This document shows positions 14,821 through 23,592 of a DNA stretch of 25,008 nt, one piece after another. Each line of letters starts with the position of its first letter. Position 1 is the first letter of the stretch. The stretch spans positions 62,001-87,008 of IMG/VR virus record IMGVR_UViG_3300011567_000001. One strand, given 5' to 3'. A program made the position numbers and the translations under genes. This stretch comes from an uncultured virus (IMG/VR IMGVR_UViG_3300011567_000001) (Duplodnaviria; Heunggongvirae; Uroviricota; Caudoviricetes). The notes under the pieces are model-generated. The model was not told the DNA's origin and ran no database searches. It saw nothing but the letters and a program-made list of their open reading frames with translations.

Positions 14821-16550
14821 AAGAAGGTACTCTGCTGTTTCATACAAGCTGCCTAGAGTGTGAATCTTCTGACGGCATGGCTGTATATGAGAAAGAAAAA
14901 GAAGACGGAACCACGGTTGTAGATTGCTGGTGCTTTGTCTGTAATAAATACTTTGGTCCAGAAATTGCTAAGGAGGCTAAGTTGGAACCTGCTGAGAACT
15001 ATAAAGCGCGTGAGCATGTAGAAACTGATTTTAGTGATATTGAAGCTATCCCATTTCGGGGTTGGAAAGCTCGTGGTATTGGTCAACCTGTATCGGCTAA
15101 GTATGGTGTGCATACTGAGGTTGAGGGTGAATTTGATGTAAAGGCTCGATACTACCCTTCGACTAAAGATGGTAAGATTGTAGGATTTAAGAAGCGCTCA
15201 ACACCTAAAAGTTTTACTGGAATCGGTAGTACCAAAGCCACTAACGAACTCTTTGGGCAATCTGTATTTGAAGCTGGTCAGAAATATCTTGTGATTACCA
15301 CAGGCGAGGAAGACGCCCTCAGTTTTGCCCAAGCACTATACAGCAAGAAAGATAGTGCAGAGTATTGGACGCCTTGTGTTAGCGTGACTTGTGGTGATGG
15401 TAGTATTATCAAACAATTCAAGGCTAACTTTGAATACCTGAATAGCTTTGAAAAGGTTATCTTGGCATTTGATAATGATGACAATGCACAACAGTATGTA
15501 GAACAAGCAGCACGACTACTGAGCCCTGGTAAAGTCTTTATTGCTAAGTTCCCTGCTGGCGTTAAAGATGCTTCGGATATGGTTAAAGCTGGCCGTTCCG
15601 CTGAACTTAAACAAATCTTCTGGAAGGCGGTGCCTTTTAGTCGCGTAGACGTTCTGCACCTTAGTCAGATGTGGGATGATTTCGAGAGCGAAGATAACAA
15701 TGTAAAGATTCCTCTTCCTAGCTCTTGGTCTCATCTGAATGAGATGATGGGTGGTGGTATGGAAAAGGGTGAGATTACAATCATCGGAGCTTTGACCAGT
15801 ATTGGTAAGTCAACTATTGTAAATAATGTGGTATTCCACTTGATTGAGAATACACGGTTTAAGGTTGGTGCTATGTATCTTGAAGGCACTAAGCGTGAAG
15901 TAGTGCGGGATTTGCTATCGCTTGATGCCGGTGTAAACCTTCGGACCACTGATCGTTCAATGATCAATATTCAAGCTCTGAAGACTCGGTTCTTTGACAA
16001 TTTGGTTAAGAAAGATCAGTTCGTTTATGTGGATCACCAAGGTAGTATCTCTACTACGGAGATTTTCGATAAGCTGAACTATCTGGCTAAGGCTGAAAGC
16101 TGTGATGTCATTATTATTGACCCTGTCCAAGCAGGTGTGAACAGTAGTGATAACGGAGCAATCATTGAATTCATGGACACGCTGCTTAAGTTTGCTAAGG
16201 AGACAGACACTTGTGTGATCGCGGTTAGCCACATGAAGAAACCTTCAGAGGAAAACCCACATGCTGTAACGGAATACCAGCTCATGGGCTCATCCAGCTT
16301 GAATCAAATTGCGTTTAATACGATCTTGATCAGTCGCGATAAGATGAACCCTGATCCTATTAAACGGTCAGCAACCAAGCTTCAGCTAGTAAAATGTCGT
16401 CGCACTGGTAACACAGGTGATGCAGGGTGGCTGCGATACGATAACGCTACTACGCACATGTTTGCTACACCTGATCCATATGTTGAGCAATCTCTTGATC
16501 CGCAGCCTCAAGACTATGGTAGTCGTGAAGAAGTTGTGGTAGACTTTTAA
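14817..16550 (+). CDS. bifunctional DNA primase-helicase (T7 gp4-like)
   Basis: N-terminal Cys4 Zn finger; TOPRIM (GEEDA, FDND, KDASD); DnaB-like helicase (SIGKST, YLE, IIIDP, VSH, KCRRTG). Confidence 0.95.
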   Translation: MKEGTLLFHTSCLECESSDGMAVYEKEKEDGTTVVDCWCFVCNKYFGPEIAKEAKLEPAENYKAREHVETDFSDIEAIPFRGWKARGIGQPVSAKYGVHTEVEGEFDVKARYYPSTKDGKIVGFKKRSTPKSFTGIGSTKATNELFGQSVFEAGQKYLVITTGEEDALSFAQALYSKKDSAEYWTPCVSVTCGDGSIIKQFKANFEYLNSFEKVILAFDNDDNAQQYVEQAARLLSPGKVFIAKFPAGVKDASDMVKAGRSAELKQIFWKAVPFSRVDVLHLSQMWDDFESEDNNVKIPLPSSWSHLNEMMGGGMEKGEITIIGALTSIGKSTIVNNVVFHLIENTRFKVGAMYLEGTKREVVRDLLSLDAGVNLRTTDRSMINIQALKTRFFDNLVKKDQFVYVDHQGSISTTEIFDKLNYLAKAESCDVIIIDPVQAGVNSSDNGAIIEFMDTLLKFAKETDTCVIAVSHMKKPSEENPHAVTEYQLMGSSSLNQIAFNTILISRDKMNPDPIKRSATKLQLVKCRRTGNTGDAGWLRYDNATTHMFATPDPYVEQSLDPQPQDYGSREEVVVDF

Positions 16551-16551
16551 T

Positions 16552-16569
16552 GGAGGGGTAATTCCCTCC
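16552..16569 (+). promoter_or_regulatory. hairpin immediately upstream of the polymerase SD
   Basis: GGAGGG-GTAATT-CCCTCC; no U-tract. Confidence 0.4.
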
Positions 16570-16587
16570 TACATTTAAGGAGGATAA

Positions 16588-18720
16588 ATGACTGACTTTA
16601 TTAAGGGTGATTGGATTTTTGATATTGAAACTTACCCCAACGTGTTCACTTTCTGCGCCGTTTACGCTAATGGCAAGGGTGTTCGAGTATTTGAGGTAAG
16701 TGATCGTAAGAATGAAATTGAGCAAGTTCTGGATTTTCTACGCAAAGTTGTATCTAACAAGCATCGCCTAGTCGGCTTTAACAACGTAGGTTTTGATTAT
16801 CCAGTTCTGCATCACATTCTTGAGAAAGCACGCAAGGCATTTAAAGCAGGAAAGAAAGTAAAGATCACTGCTACTGAAATCTATGATGTGGCAATGAATC
16901 TTATTAACTCACAGAGAGATGAGAAGTTTGGTAATGCAATCAAACCTAAGGATGTAATAATTCCGCAGGTTGATTTGTATAAGGTTCATCATTTTGATAA
17001 CAAGGCTCGGGCAACTTCTCTTAAGATGCTTGAGTTTAATATGCGGTCAGAGACAATTGAGGATTTACCTTTTCCAGTGGGAACAGAGCTAAACTCAATT
17101 CAGATTGATACTCTGATTCACTATAACAAACACGATGTCATGGAAACCCTGCGTTTCTACCATCACTCAGTTAAAGCTTTGAAGTTTCGTGAAGAACTAA
17201 CACAGAAGTATGGGTTTGATTGCACTAACTTTAATGACACCAAGATTGGTAAGCAGTATTTTATCAATCGTCTTGAAAGTGAAATGCCAGGAAGCTGCTA
17301 CAAGGTTGGTAAATATGGTCGTACAATCAATCAAACTAAGCGGGACGTGATCCATCTAAAGGATGCGATCCTACCTTACATTAAATACGAACGACCAGAG
17401 TTTAACGCTCTGCTAAATTGGTTCAAAAAGCAGAGTATCACTGAGACCAAAGGTGTCTTCACTGACATTTTGGAAAGCGATCTTGGTCCAGACCTTGCAA
17501 AGTATGCACAGCTACACACCAAGCGAAAGAAGCTATTTAAAGCTCCTACAGAGGCTCAGATTGAAGAGTTTAAGAAAGACAAGCCTCTATGCTGGGTTGA
17601 GGAAATTGAGCTTAAAGGAAAGGAAACAAAGGCTAATGGGGGCGGTCAGAAGAAAACTTACTGGCTGTATTGGAATGTAGCAGAAACATTGAACGTGGTT
17701 GTAGATGGGTTTCGACTAGATTTTGGTACTGGTGGTATTCACGGTAGCGTAGAGTCAAGAATTGTGCGTTCTGATGAGCGTCAAGTTATTGACGATCGAG
17801 ATGTTGCCAGCTACTACCCCAACCTTGCAATCTCGAATGATGTTTACCCTAAGCACTTGGGTAAGAACTTCTGTAAGATTTATAAGGACGTTTATGATGA
17901 GCGCAAGAGTTTTCCGAAAGGTAGCCCAGAAAATGCGGTAATGAAATTGGCACTCAATGGGGTATATGGCGATAGCAACAGTGAGTTCAGTCCGTTCTTC
18001 GACGCACTCTACACAATGACTATCACCATTTCAGGACAGCTTTCGCTTTGTATGTTGATTGAAAAGCTTTTGAAAGTTAAAGACTTAACCATGGTTCAGG
18101 CGAATACGGACGGTATTACTTTCAAGCACAATCGAAGCGATGATCCAGTAGTTGACAAGATCGTAAAAGAATGGGAAAATGTTACCAAGCTTGAAATGGA
18201 ACGGAATGATTATTCAATGATGGCAATTCGGGATGTAAATTCTTACTTAGCTATTTATGAAAAAGATGGCTCAGTAAAGCGCAAGGGCGCCTATGAATAT
18301 GCTGGTTTGGACTGGAACAAGAATCATAGCTCTCTTGTCATTCCTATGGCGGCTGAGCATGAGATTCTAGGTAAAGGTAAGGCTGAAGACTTCATCAAAG
18401 CACACAAAATCAAGTGGGATTTTCTCCTGCGTACTAAGGTTCCTCGGAATTCCAGTCTTGTGCTCGTTATGGACGATGGCGAGGAACTAAAGCAGCAAAA
18501 TATTTGTCGATACTATCCGTCTGAGGAAGGTGGTAAGCTTGTCAAACTAATGCCGGCACTTGCTGGTAAAGAAGCTGAAGGTGATCGCAGGCTTTCTATT
18601 GATACAGACTGGAAGGTTAAGACTTGCAACAAAATTGAACAGTTTGATTGGGATGATCTAAACTACGATTACTATATTAAGGAAGCTCGAAAACTTATTG
18701 ACCCATTGATTAAGGATTAA
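16588..18720 (+). CDS. DNA polymerase, family-B-like, with 3'-5' exonuclease
   Basis: Exo DIETY, GFNNVGFDY, YNKHD; polymerase DVASYYPN, KLALNGVYG, NTDG. Confidence 0.93.
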   Translation: MTDFIKGDWIFDIETYPNVFTFCAVYANGKGVRVFEVSDRKNEIEQVLDFLRKVVSNKHRLVGFNNVGFDYPVLHHILEKARKAFKAGKKVKITATEIYDVAMNLINSQRDEKFGNAIKPKDVIIPQVDLYKVHHFDNKARATSLKMLEFNMRSETIEDLPFPVGTELNSIQIDTLIHYNKHDVMETLRFYHHSVKALKFREELTQKYGFDCTNFNDTKIGKQYFINRLESEMPGSCYKVGKYGRTINQTKRDVIHLKDAILPYIKYERPEFNALLNWFKKQSITETKGVFTDILESDLGPDLAKYAQLHTKRKKLFKAPTEAQIEEFKKDKPLCWVEEIELKGKETKANGGGQKKTYWLYWNVAETLNVVVDGFRLDFGTGGIHGSVESRIVRSDERQVIDDRDVASYYPNLAISNDVYPKHLGKNFCKIYKDVYDERKSFPKGSPENAVMKLALNGVYGDSNSEFSPFFDALYTMTITISGQLSLCMLIEKLLKVKDLTMVQANTDGITFKHNRSDDPVVDKIVKEWENVTKLEMERNDYSMMAIRDVNSYLAIYEKDGSVKRKGAYEYAGLDWNKNHSSLVIPMAAEHEILGKGKAEDFIKAHKIKWDFLLRTKVPRNSSLVLVMDDGEELKQQNICRYYPSEEGGKLVKLMPALAGKEAEGDRRLSIDTDWKVKTCNKIEQFDWDDLNYDYYIKEARKLIDPLIKD

Positions 18721-18722
18721 TT

Positions 18723-19391
18723 GTGCAGGAAATTTGGAAAGACATTAAAGAATATGAAGGCATTTATCAGGTTAGCAATTTAGGTAGAGTTAAACGACTA
18801 AAGGTTTTACGGTTGATGAGTAATCAGGTAACCTCTTGGGAACAAATCTTTGAAGAATACATTTTCAAACCAAGCAATGATACAAGAGGTTATCCACAAG
18901 TTTTACTTACCATGGGTAAAAGAAAAAGGGTAGCAAGAGTGCATAGACTGGTAGCCGAATGTTTCTTGCAAGAACCCAGTGAAGAACTTGTCAATACTTG
19001 TAAATTAGCAGGTTTGGACTATGTTCTTGTTAATCACAAAGACAATGACCCAATGAACAATGCTTATACAAATCTTGAGTGGTGTAGTCCTAAATTTAAC
19101 TGTGATTGGTGCGTGACGTCCGGTACTCACAATACAGATACAATAAAAGGATCAAAAAATTATAATTCTGAGTTGACAGAAGAAAATGTTTCTGACATAG
19201 TTAAACTTCTAAAGGAAAGAACTCTTAGTCAACAGAAAATCGCAGACATGTATGGGGTTAAACAGATAACTATTTCAAACATATGGACAGGTAGGAGCTG
19301 GTCATGGTTTACTGGAATCCCTTGGAAACCGAGGAGTCGAAAGAAAGGTAAAATTTCTGAGTCACTATCGGAATCACTAAAAACCCGTTGA
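18723..19391 (+). CDS. NUMOD4-HNH homing endonuclease with C-terminal HTH
   Basis: EIWKDI..YEG.YQVSNLGRVK (NUMOD4); VHRLVA...VNHKD...NN...NLEW; SQQKIADMYGV. Confidence 0.9.
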   Translation: MQEIWKDIKEYEGIYQVSNLGRVKRLKVLRLMSNQVTSWEQIFEEYIFKPSNDTRGYPQVLLTMGKRKRVARVHRLVAECFLQEPSEELVNTCKLAGLDYVLVNHKDNDPMNNAYTNLEWCSPKFNCDWCVTSGTHNTDTIKGSKNYNSELTEENVSDIVKLLKERTLSQQKIADMYGVKQITISNIWTGRSWSWFTGIPWKPRSRKKGKISESLSESLKTR

Positions 19392-19415
19392 CATCGCTGT
19401 AGAATAGTCTATAAT
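19388..19415 (+). promoter_or_regulatory. sigma70 promoter
   Basis: TTGACA-N16-TATAAT. Confidence 0.8.
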
Positions 19416-19446
19416 GGTTGTACCCAAATTAATCTGAAAGGGGAGT

Positions 19447-19650
19447 GTGATGATTGTAAAACGTGATAGCAAGAAATTTGAACCGGTGACTATCACCATT
19501 GAGAGTCAGGCTGAGCTTAATATTCTTTATGCAGCCCTTAGTAATTCAAACAAAAATCTACAAGAGCTTTGGGAAGATATGGGTTACGAAACAAATTTGT
19601 CTCTTGAACTAGACAATGATATGTTTATGCAAATTAATTCACTATATTGA
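19447..19650 (+). CDS. hypothetical protein (KFEPVTITIES motif)
   Basis: GGGAG SD. Confidence 0.75.
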   Translation: MMIVKRDSKKFEPVTITIESQAELNILYAALSNSNKNLQELWEDMGYETNLSLELDNDMFMQINSLY

Positions 19651-19668
19651 TTAAAGGAGAATAACCAA

Positions 19669-19830
19669 ATGACCAATTTCGTATACGCAATCGTAAGCAA
19701 AACCAACGGCTACATTGTTGACGTAGCTTTCTCACGCGACTCTGCCCGAGAAGTAAAACGTCAGCTTGAACAGGAATACACTGGCAAGTTTCATATCCAC
19801 CAAATGGCTAAGACTAAGCGGGTTCGGTAA
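19669..19830 (+). CDS. small protein (53 aa, MTNFVYAIVS...)
   Basis: Read manually; AAGGAG SD. Confidence 0.7.
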   Translation: MTNFVYAIVSKTNGYIVDVAFSRDSAREVKRQLEQEYTGKFHIHQMAKTKRVR

Positions 19831-19841
19831 GGAGGGTGATC

Positions 19842-20057
19842 ATGACCAAGACCGTTAAATTCCTGATTGACGAGGAATGTGAAATGCTCCAAGTTCTCGT
19901 TGACGGTAAAGTATTTGGAGAGGGTAACTTCTGGGACTTCAACTTCCAGAACGATGCTCAAGAGCTTCTGCAAGCTTGTGGTATTACTGTTGAAGAGGGT
20001 GAGTATTCATACGATGACGTTACTGACGAAGATGACTTTGATGAGGATGAACAATAA
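19842..20057 (+). CDS. highly acidic small protein
   Basis: AAGGAGG SD; D/E-rich tail. Confidence 0.75.
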   Translation: MTKTVKFLIDEECEMLQVLVDGKVFGEGNFWDFNFQNDAQELLQACGITVEEGEYSYDDVTDEDDFDEDEQ

Positions 20058-20362
20058 TGGGCTACGTTACTGTAACTGAATCCGTTGGTGAGGTGATGAA
20101 AACCTATCACTTCTCATCTTACGAGGACTTCAAGGATTGGGAGAATAAGATTAGTGGTGTTGTGGTGAGTGCTGATCACTTGAATTTTGGTGGTGATATT
20201 TGGATTAAGAATATCGGGAAACAACCTAGTATTGATGGTAAAACTTATGTTGAAGTTGAATTTTTAGACGGGGGAACTTGCGTTGATTGTGTAGATGCGT
20301 GGATTTGGGAGAAGCGTGGTGGCTGCTCGGACATTGTTAAATATCGAGTGGTGAGCAAATAA
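20057..20362 (+). CDS. hypothetical phage protein (C-terminal P...VEV.F.DG...W...DIVKYR module)
   Basis: TAATG overlap; common phage motif. Confidence 0.75.
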   Translation: MGYVTVTESVGEVMKTYHFSSYEDFKDWENKISGVVVSADHLNFGGDIWIKNIGKQPSIDGKTYVEVEFLDGGTCVDCVDAWIWEKRGGCSDIVKYRVVSK

Positions 20363-20586
20363 TGCAAGCCCTTACAGCAGCCCTAGGCTTTCTAGGAATC
20401 TTCGTACTACTCTTGGTAATCTCAGTATCACCATTCTTGTTCGTGTACACTGTCTATTGCCTAGTAGTGTGGGAATTTTATCTACTCTCAAGCTTGCTTT
20501 ACACTTGGCTATTTAGTATCATTGCAAGTGTGTTGCTGATGGTTGTGAGCAATGTCGGTTTGAAGAAAAAGTTTAAGATTAAATAG
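20362..20586 (+). CDS. membrane protein (about two TM helices)
   Basis: Hydrophobic throughout with a basic C-terminus. Confidence 0.7.
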   Translation: MQALTAALGFLGIFVLLLVISVSPFLFVYTVYCLVVWEFYLLSSLLYTWLFSIIASVLLMVVSNVGLKKKFKIK

Positions 20587-20604
20587 GAGAGAGAGAGAGA
20601 GAGA
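20587..20604 (+). repeat. (GA)9 microsatellite in the RBS spacer
   Basis: AG(GA)9AAATG. Confidence 0.9.
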
Positions 20605-20606
20605 AA

Positions 20607-20921
20607 ATGGCAATCTTTATTAATCTAGAAGATGCACGTGAAATGGCAGGGATTGGCGTAGGAACCAAAACTATAGACTGGGAAGGATTTGATTATAATT
20701 TAGAGTGCGTCCACGAAGAGATTATCGGAACTAGTCGGTGGTCAGTTCAACATCAATCTGTATGGAAAGATTTGGACAGTGGTGCCTTTTATGAAACCAC
20801 GTATCAAGTTGGAGCTACAGAATGTCAAGATGAAGGACCGTATGAGTGGGAAGATGGTCCTATTGAGTTCACAGAGGTAAAAGCTGTACAGAAAACCACT
20901 ACTGTCTACGAAGCAATCTAA
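20607..20921 (+). CDS. conserved acidic phage protein (SRW...GATECQ)
   Basis: Recurrent phage motif. Confidence 0.75.
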   Translation: MAIFINLEDAREMAGIGVGTKTIDWEGFDYNLECVHEEIIGTSRWSVQHQSVWKDLDSGAFYETTYQVGATECQDEGPYEWEDGPIEFTEVKAVQKTTTVYEAI

Positions 20922-20946
20922 CTAAACCAAACAGGAGAAATACTAT

Positions 20947-21678
20947 ATGACTAAGCAAGCTTCCAACGTTATCGTCAAAGCTCTACCAAAGAAAGGTAGC
21001 CTAGAGAACTTTCACGTATACATTACTGACGCTGTTGTCTTCTTTGCCTCTGTTCACGAACCTAAGCTTAAATATCAGTCTCAGGATAAAGAGTTTGGCG
21101 CTACTGTGTTTGTGAACGAAGAAGTTAAAGACAAGCTTCTAGATGAAGTGATGTTGAACAAGACCTTTTCTGAAGTAGGTGTAACCAAGACTTCTAAGCC
21201 ACCTCGTAAGATTAAGTTTCCGCTGTCCAGTCAGGTTGAGGAAGGTAAAGCAAACTACGATCTTGTCAAAGGTCTGTGGGGCTTCACTGTAGCTAAGCCT
21301 GAGTTTAGCAAGGCTGGCAATCGTCAAGCTGTGAACGTGATTGACACTGAAGGTAATGCGTTTACTGAGAATGTTGGTAATGGTTCTGTCTGTACGCTAA
21401 AACTGTTCGGCTACAAAAACCAAGATGGTCAGCTAGTGGTAACCCTTGACACTCTACAAGTTGTTGAACACGTTCCTTATGAGGGTCGTTCCGGCAGTTC
21501 AGATAGCGTAGAAGATGAAGTGCTGGGCAGCTACAAGGTGAAGAAGGTTGAGGCTAAACCTGCTGAGGAAGAACAAGCACCAGCACGTAAGCCAACACCA
21601 CAGGCTGAACCAGAGTTTGACAGCAACGAAGATTTGCCGTTTATGCGCATCAGTGATCGTCTGCTGATGATTATCTAA
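20947..21678 (+). CDS. single-stranded DNA-binding protein (T7 gp2.5-like)
   Basis: VGNGS motif, LQVVEHVPYEG, acidic tail with EDLPF; located in the replication module. Confidence 0.75.
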   Translation: MTKQASNVIVKALPKKGSLENFHVYITDAVVFFASVHEPKLKYQSQDKEFGATVFVNEEVKDKLLDEVMLNKTFSEVGVTKTSKPPRKIKFPLSSQVEEGKANYDLVKGLWGFTVAKPEFSKAGNRQAVNVIDTEGNAFTENVGNGSVCTLKLFGYKNQDGQLVVTLDTLQVVEHVPYEGRSGSSDSVEDEVLGSYKVKKVEAKPAEEEQAPARKPTPQAEPEFDSNEDLPFMRISDRLLMII

Positions 21679-21687
21679 ACTGACATA

Positions 21688-21703
21688 GGCTCAAGGATGA
21701 GCT
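21688..21703 (+). promoter_or_regulatory. RsmA/CsrA-consensus hairpin
   Basis: GGCTC-AAGGAT-GAGCT; its GGA lies 18 nt before the GGA of the next SD. Confidence 0.5.
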
Positions 21704-21722
21704 AATATTAAAGGAGAGAGAA

Positions 21723-21998
21723 ATGAAAAACATTCTGTACGTAAGCAAGAACAACCAGCATTCGCGGCAAGCCATGGATTTCTTTGCCAAAGTTAACAAC
21801 GTACCCGTAGAAGGCTTTAATTCGGCCACAGGTAAAGTCACTCACGGTGGTATTAACTACTTCTTTAAAACGATTCAAGATGAATCTGATCTTTACAAAG
21901 TTATGGGTGTTAAATACGATAGCGTGGTGAAATCACCATACTATGAAGAGATTGATCTTAACGTTTACAACTACCTAACCACCAAATCAGGAGAATAA
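21723..21998 (+). CDS. hypothetical protein (91 aa)
   Basis: AAGGAG SD. Confidence 0.75.
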   Translation: MKNILYVSKNNQHSRQAMDFFAKVNNVPVEGFNSATGKVTHGGINYFFKTIQDESDLYKVMGVKYDSVVKSPYYEEIDLNVYNYLTTKSGE

Positions 21999-22001
21999 AC
22001 A

Positions 22002-22253
22002 ATGCTAAACCAAACCGAACTATTCCAAAACCTAGCCCGCCTTGAAGGTCAGAAGCTAACCCTGTCAGAAGACATTCGCCAACTAAAGGCTGACAGCAAA
22101 GTGTCTGAAGACAATCCTTCTGGTATTAGTCCTGAAGAGATTAAGCTGATTGCTGCGGCTGCAAAGCTCTATGCTAAAAAGGATTTCTTTGAGAAGAAAG
22201 AACAAGCTGAGGCGGTGTTTCGTAAATATCAAGAGCTTTCGGGCGAAGAGTAA
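22002..22253 (+). CDS. GapR/DUF2312- or T4 DsbA-like small DNA-binding protein
   Basis: RLEGQK..L.EDIRQLK.D.K...G pattern; helical. Confidence 0.6.
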   Translation: MLNQTELFQNLARLEGQKLTLSEDIRQLKADSKVSEDNPSGISPEEIKLIAAAAKLYAKKDFFEKKEQAEAVFRKYQELSGEE

Positions 22254-22265
22254 TTAAAATAGTTT

Positions 22266-22292
22266 GGAGGATGAAAGTCCTCCTTTTCTTTT
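22266..22292 (+). terminator. intrinsic terminator
   Basis: GGAGGA/TCCTCC stem followed by TTTTCTTTT. Confidence 0.75.
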
Positions 22293-22303
22293 GAGGGCTT
22301 TAT

Positions 22304-22897
22304 GTGAAACTTGTTTTCGGTGTTGGCATTAATGATGCTGATTATAATGTCTACAAAACAGACAGTTCAGACGGAAAGTGGAAAATTATTTGGAAATGCC
22401 CTTTCTACGTGACTTGGACAAATATGTTAAATAGGTGTTACGGTAAGAAGTACAAAGAAAAACAACCGACCTATGCGGGCTGTTATGTCCAAGAGTCTTG
22501 GAAGTACTTTATGACGTTCAGGGCTTGGATGATTCATCAAAATTGGGAGGATAAACAATTAGATAAAGATATACTGTTCCCCGGCAATAGGGAATATGGC
22601 GTTGACAGTTGTGTCTTTGTTGATCGCAAAGTAAATTCTTTTATGAATGAACACAAAAACTCTAGCGGTGAGTGGCCTGTCGGCGTTAATTTCAACAAAG
22701 GAAAGGGTAAATTCCAAGCAGCTTGCTGTAATGTAATTACTGGAAAGCAGCAACACCTTGGTTATTTTGCCTGCCCAGAAGTAGCACATAAAGCATGGTT
22801 ATCTTTTAAGCTAGAACAAGCTAAGATTCTGGCAAGTGAACAAACCGACCCACGAGTAGCTAAAGCCCTTATTGGCAGGTATGAAAATTATGGCTAA
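22304..22897 (+). CDS. HNH-type homing endonuclease with AP2-like C-terminus
   Basis: GVGIND...W..ML.RCY...LDKDIL.PGNREY...C.FV; PVGV.F.K..GKF.A...HLGYF...AH.AW. Confidence 0.85.
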   Translation: MKLVFGVGINDADYNVYKTDSSDGKWKIIWKCPFYVTWTNMLNRCYGKKYKEKQPTYAGCYVQESWKYFMTFRAWMIHQNWEDKQLDKDILFPGNREYGVDSCVFVDRKVNSFMNEHKNSSGEWPVGVNFNKGKGKFQAACCNVITGKQQHLGYFACPEVAHKAWLSFKLEQAKILASEQTDPRVAKALIGRYENYG

Positions 22898-23126
22898 CCA
22901 AGAAACACTAGCCTTCTTTAAGGCTCTACAAGCTCACTACAGCGACGATGGTACTATTCTAAGTATCTCATCAGGGGTTAACGAATCAACGTCGTCAGAA
23001 GGCGCTTACAGAGCTTTAATCAAGGCTTTGATGAATGACAAGCAAACTTTGCAGAAAGAGCTTAATGTAAGCAATGCTATATTGAAAGATGCTAACCTTT
23101 ATCACCTGACTATTGTGGAGAATTAA
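22890..23126 (+). CDS. hypothetical protein (78 aa)
   Basis: AGGT SD before MANQE. Confidence 0.7.
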   Translation: MANQETLAFFKALQAHYSDDGTILSISSGVNESTSSEGAYRALIKALMNDKQTLQKELNVSNAILKDANLYHLTIVEN

Positions 23127-23127
23127 A

Positions 23128-23400
23128 ATGACTGTTAAGAAAAGTACTAATGAAAAACTAATTGAAGAAGCTGTAGCTAAAGCTAAAGAAGAGCTTTCTG
23201 GAACTTCAGTACAATGTTGTACCTTTAATGGTGTACAATTTGATGCCAAGGCTGTTGAAGCCATCAACCTTATAGCCGAAGGTCTTGGTAAAAACGCTGA
23301 GTCTCAGATGGAAACAGCTAAAGGTTTTCAGACTCTAGCTCAAGTATTGAAAGCATCCAATGTCGAGATTGAGTCAATGCTTAAACTTATCGGTAAGTGA
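23128..23400 (+). CDS. hypothetical protein (90 aa)
   Basis: GGAG SD before MTVKK. Confidence 0.75.
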   Translation: MTVKKSTNEKLIEEAVAKAKEELSGTSVQCCTFNGVQFDAKAVEAINLIAEGLGKNAESQMETAKGFQTLAQVLKASNVEIESMLKLIGK

Positions 23401-23403
23401 GAT

Positions 23404-23592
23404 ATGAACTCTATAGAAATTAAATTATCCTACCCTGACTGCAAGATTACTTATCAAATTGATTTGGTTAAACTTAAGGCTAATGTTGTGAGCAGCATTG
23501 GGGATAAGGTGTTTTTGGGGACCGTGGAGTATGGGAAGTTGCCTGAAAAGGTTAAGATGATGGTTGAATGCATGCGAGGTGAATGTGAGTGA
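23404..23592 (+). CDS. hypothetical protein (62 aa)
   Basis: Operon packing. Confidence 0.65.
   Translation: MNSIEIKLSYPDCKITYQIDLVKLKANVVSSIGDKVFLGTVEYGKLPEKVKMMVECMRGECE

Noticed and set aside
14853..16725. Minus-strand ORFs within the primase-helicase and polymerase genes (also 12936-13340)
   Set aside because: Antisense shadows of well-supported plus-strand genes
16588..19391. Intron- or intein-split DNA polymerase
   Set aside because: The polymerase ORF has all motifs in one frame and a normal-looking C-terminus; the HNH gene lies after its stop codon
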